DNA of 63,923 nucleotides, filler included, from Ministeria vibrans ATCC 50519 (lineage: Eukaryota; Protista; Filasterea): assembly GCA_943704425.1 (NCBI GenBank). It is 6 parts of 6 records of this genome, joined end to end, with 100 filler letters (N's around TTAATTAATTAA, not from the genome) between each part and the next. Parts side by side here need not be neighbours in the genome. Positions count along the whole stretch, not along the records: positions 62,303 to 63,923 come from CALSCP010000303.1; 5 more parts are not named here. The stretch is one strand, 5' to 3'. The position numbers and the translations under genes are program-made. The notes beneath the pieces were generated by a model that saw nothing but the letters and a program-made list of their open reading frames with translations, did no database searches and had not been told where the DNA came from. Below, piece by piece: positions 63,429 through 63,923 of the stretch (its first letter is position 1; each line of letters starts with the position of its first letter).

Positions 63429-63923
63429 CACAGATTAACTCACGCACAGAATAAACGCATATTTTATTCATAAAAAGACGAAGAAGAAGACTCCAAATGC
63501 ACGTTGGAGCCCGCATTGGAAGGGACATTGAGAGGGCAAACCTTGTCCAGCCGGTGAGTTTGTCTGCGCGTCAAGCACTGTCAATGGATATTGAGGCGAT
63601 GCGCCGCCGCCACCGCCGCCGCCGCCATCATGCGTCCCAGTTGATCTCCACGGCTCCACCGACCACGCCGACACGAATTGGCTCCATGATGCGAAAGTAG
63701 AATAAATCTTTCGAATTTCAAAATTAATTACTCCTCGTAGTTAAGACTTTCAGTTTTAATTTTTGGCTTTTGTAATGGAACGACTCTCATTCGATTGCAA
63801 GTGCGCCATTGTCAGCTGGTGTACCCCACAAGCGGCTGTGGCTTTGTCGGGCGTCAGCCGCGAGTGGCGCGAAATTGTCGCGTACACAGGTTTCACAACA
63901 CTGCCACGGGCGAAGACCTCTTA

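Noticed and set aside
63468-63923. Gene at the right end of the window
   Set aside because: Only short ORFs with no recognisable motif; cannot be supported from this window.

Overview
This is eukaryotic genomic DNA made of six separate contigs joined by artificial N44-TTAATTAATTAA-N44 spacers (8620-8719, 29980-30079, 43858-43957, 60813-60912, 62203-62302), so adjacency across spacers means nothing. The genome is gene-dense, with short GT-AG introns and many microsatellites. Gene content suggests a unicellular relative of animals (inference): N-anchored Tom20, parvin, pecanex, GRAMD4, TMEM24/C2CD2-like, a CLC-2-type channel and TK1, together with monopolin Csm1. Other recognisable genes are a GULO-like oxidase, a RING/TRAF-Zn protein, XPB, HDAC11, PIF1, a BLM-type RecQ, a RING-H2 ligase, CTF4/AND-1, NF-YA, FEN1, 18S rRNA and an L-domain repeat protein. 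Upstream of the rDNA lies a cluster of LINE fragments and pseudogenes. Two multi-exon genes, reconstructed by hand and hidden in the ORF track, stand out. (1) 50746-54880 (-): a 15-exon, about 940-aa protein made of three fused homologous two-TM units with ENaC/DEG-like 'G-x-I-G-G' TM2 motifs, a candidate natural single-chain pseudo-trimeric channel. (2) about 1655-7794 (-): a WD40-Roc-COR-caspase(C14) protein, a sensor-GTPase-protease in one chain. All gene models come from manual reading and splice-phase checks; no database search was run.
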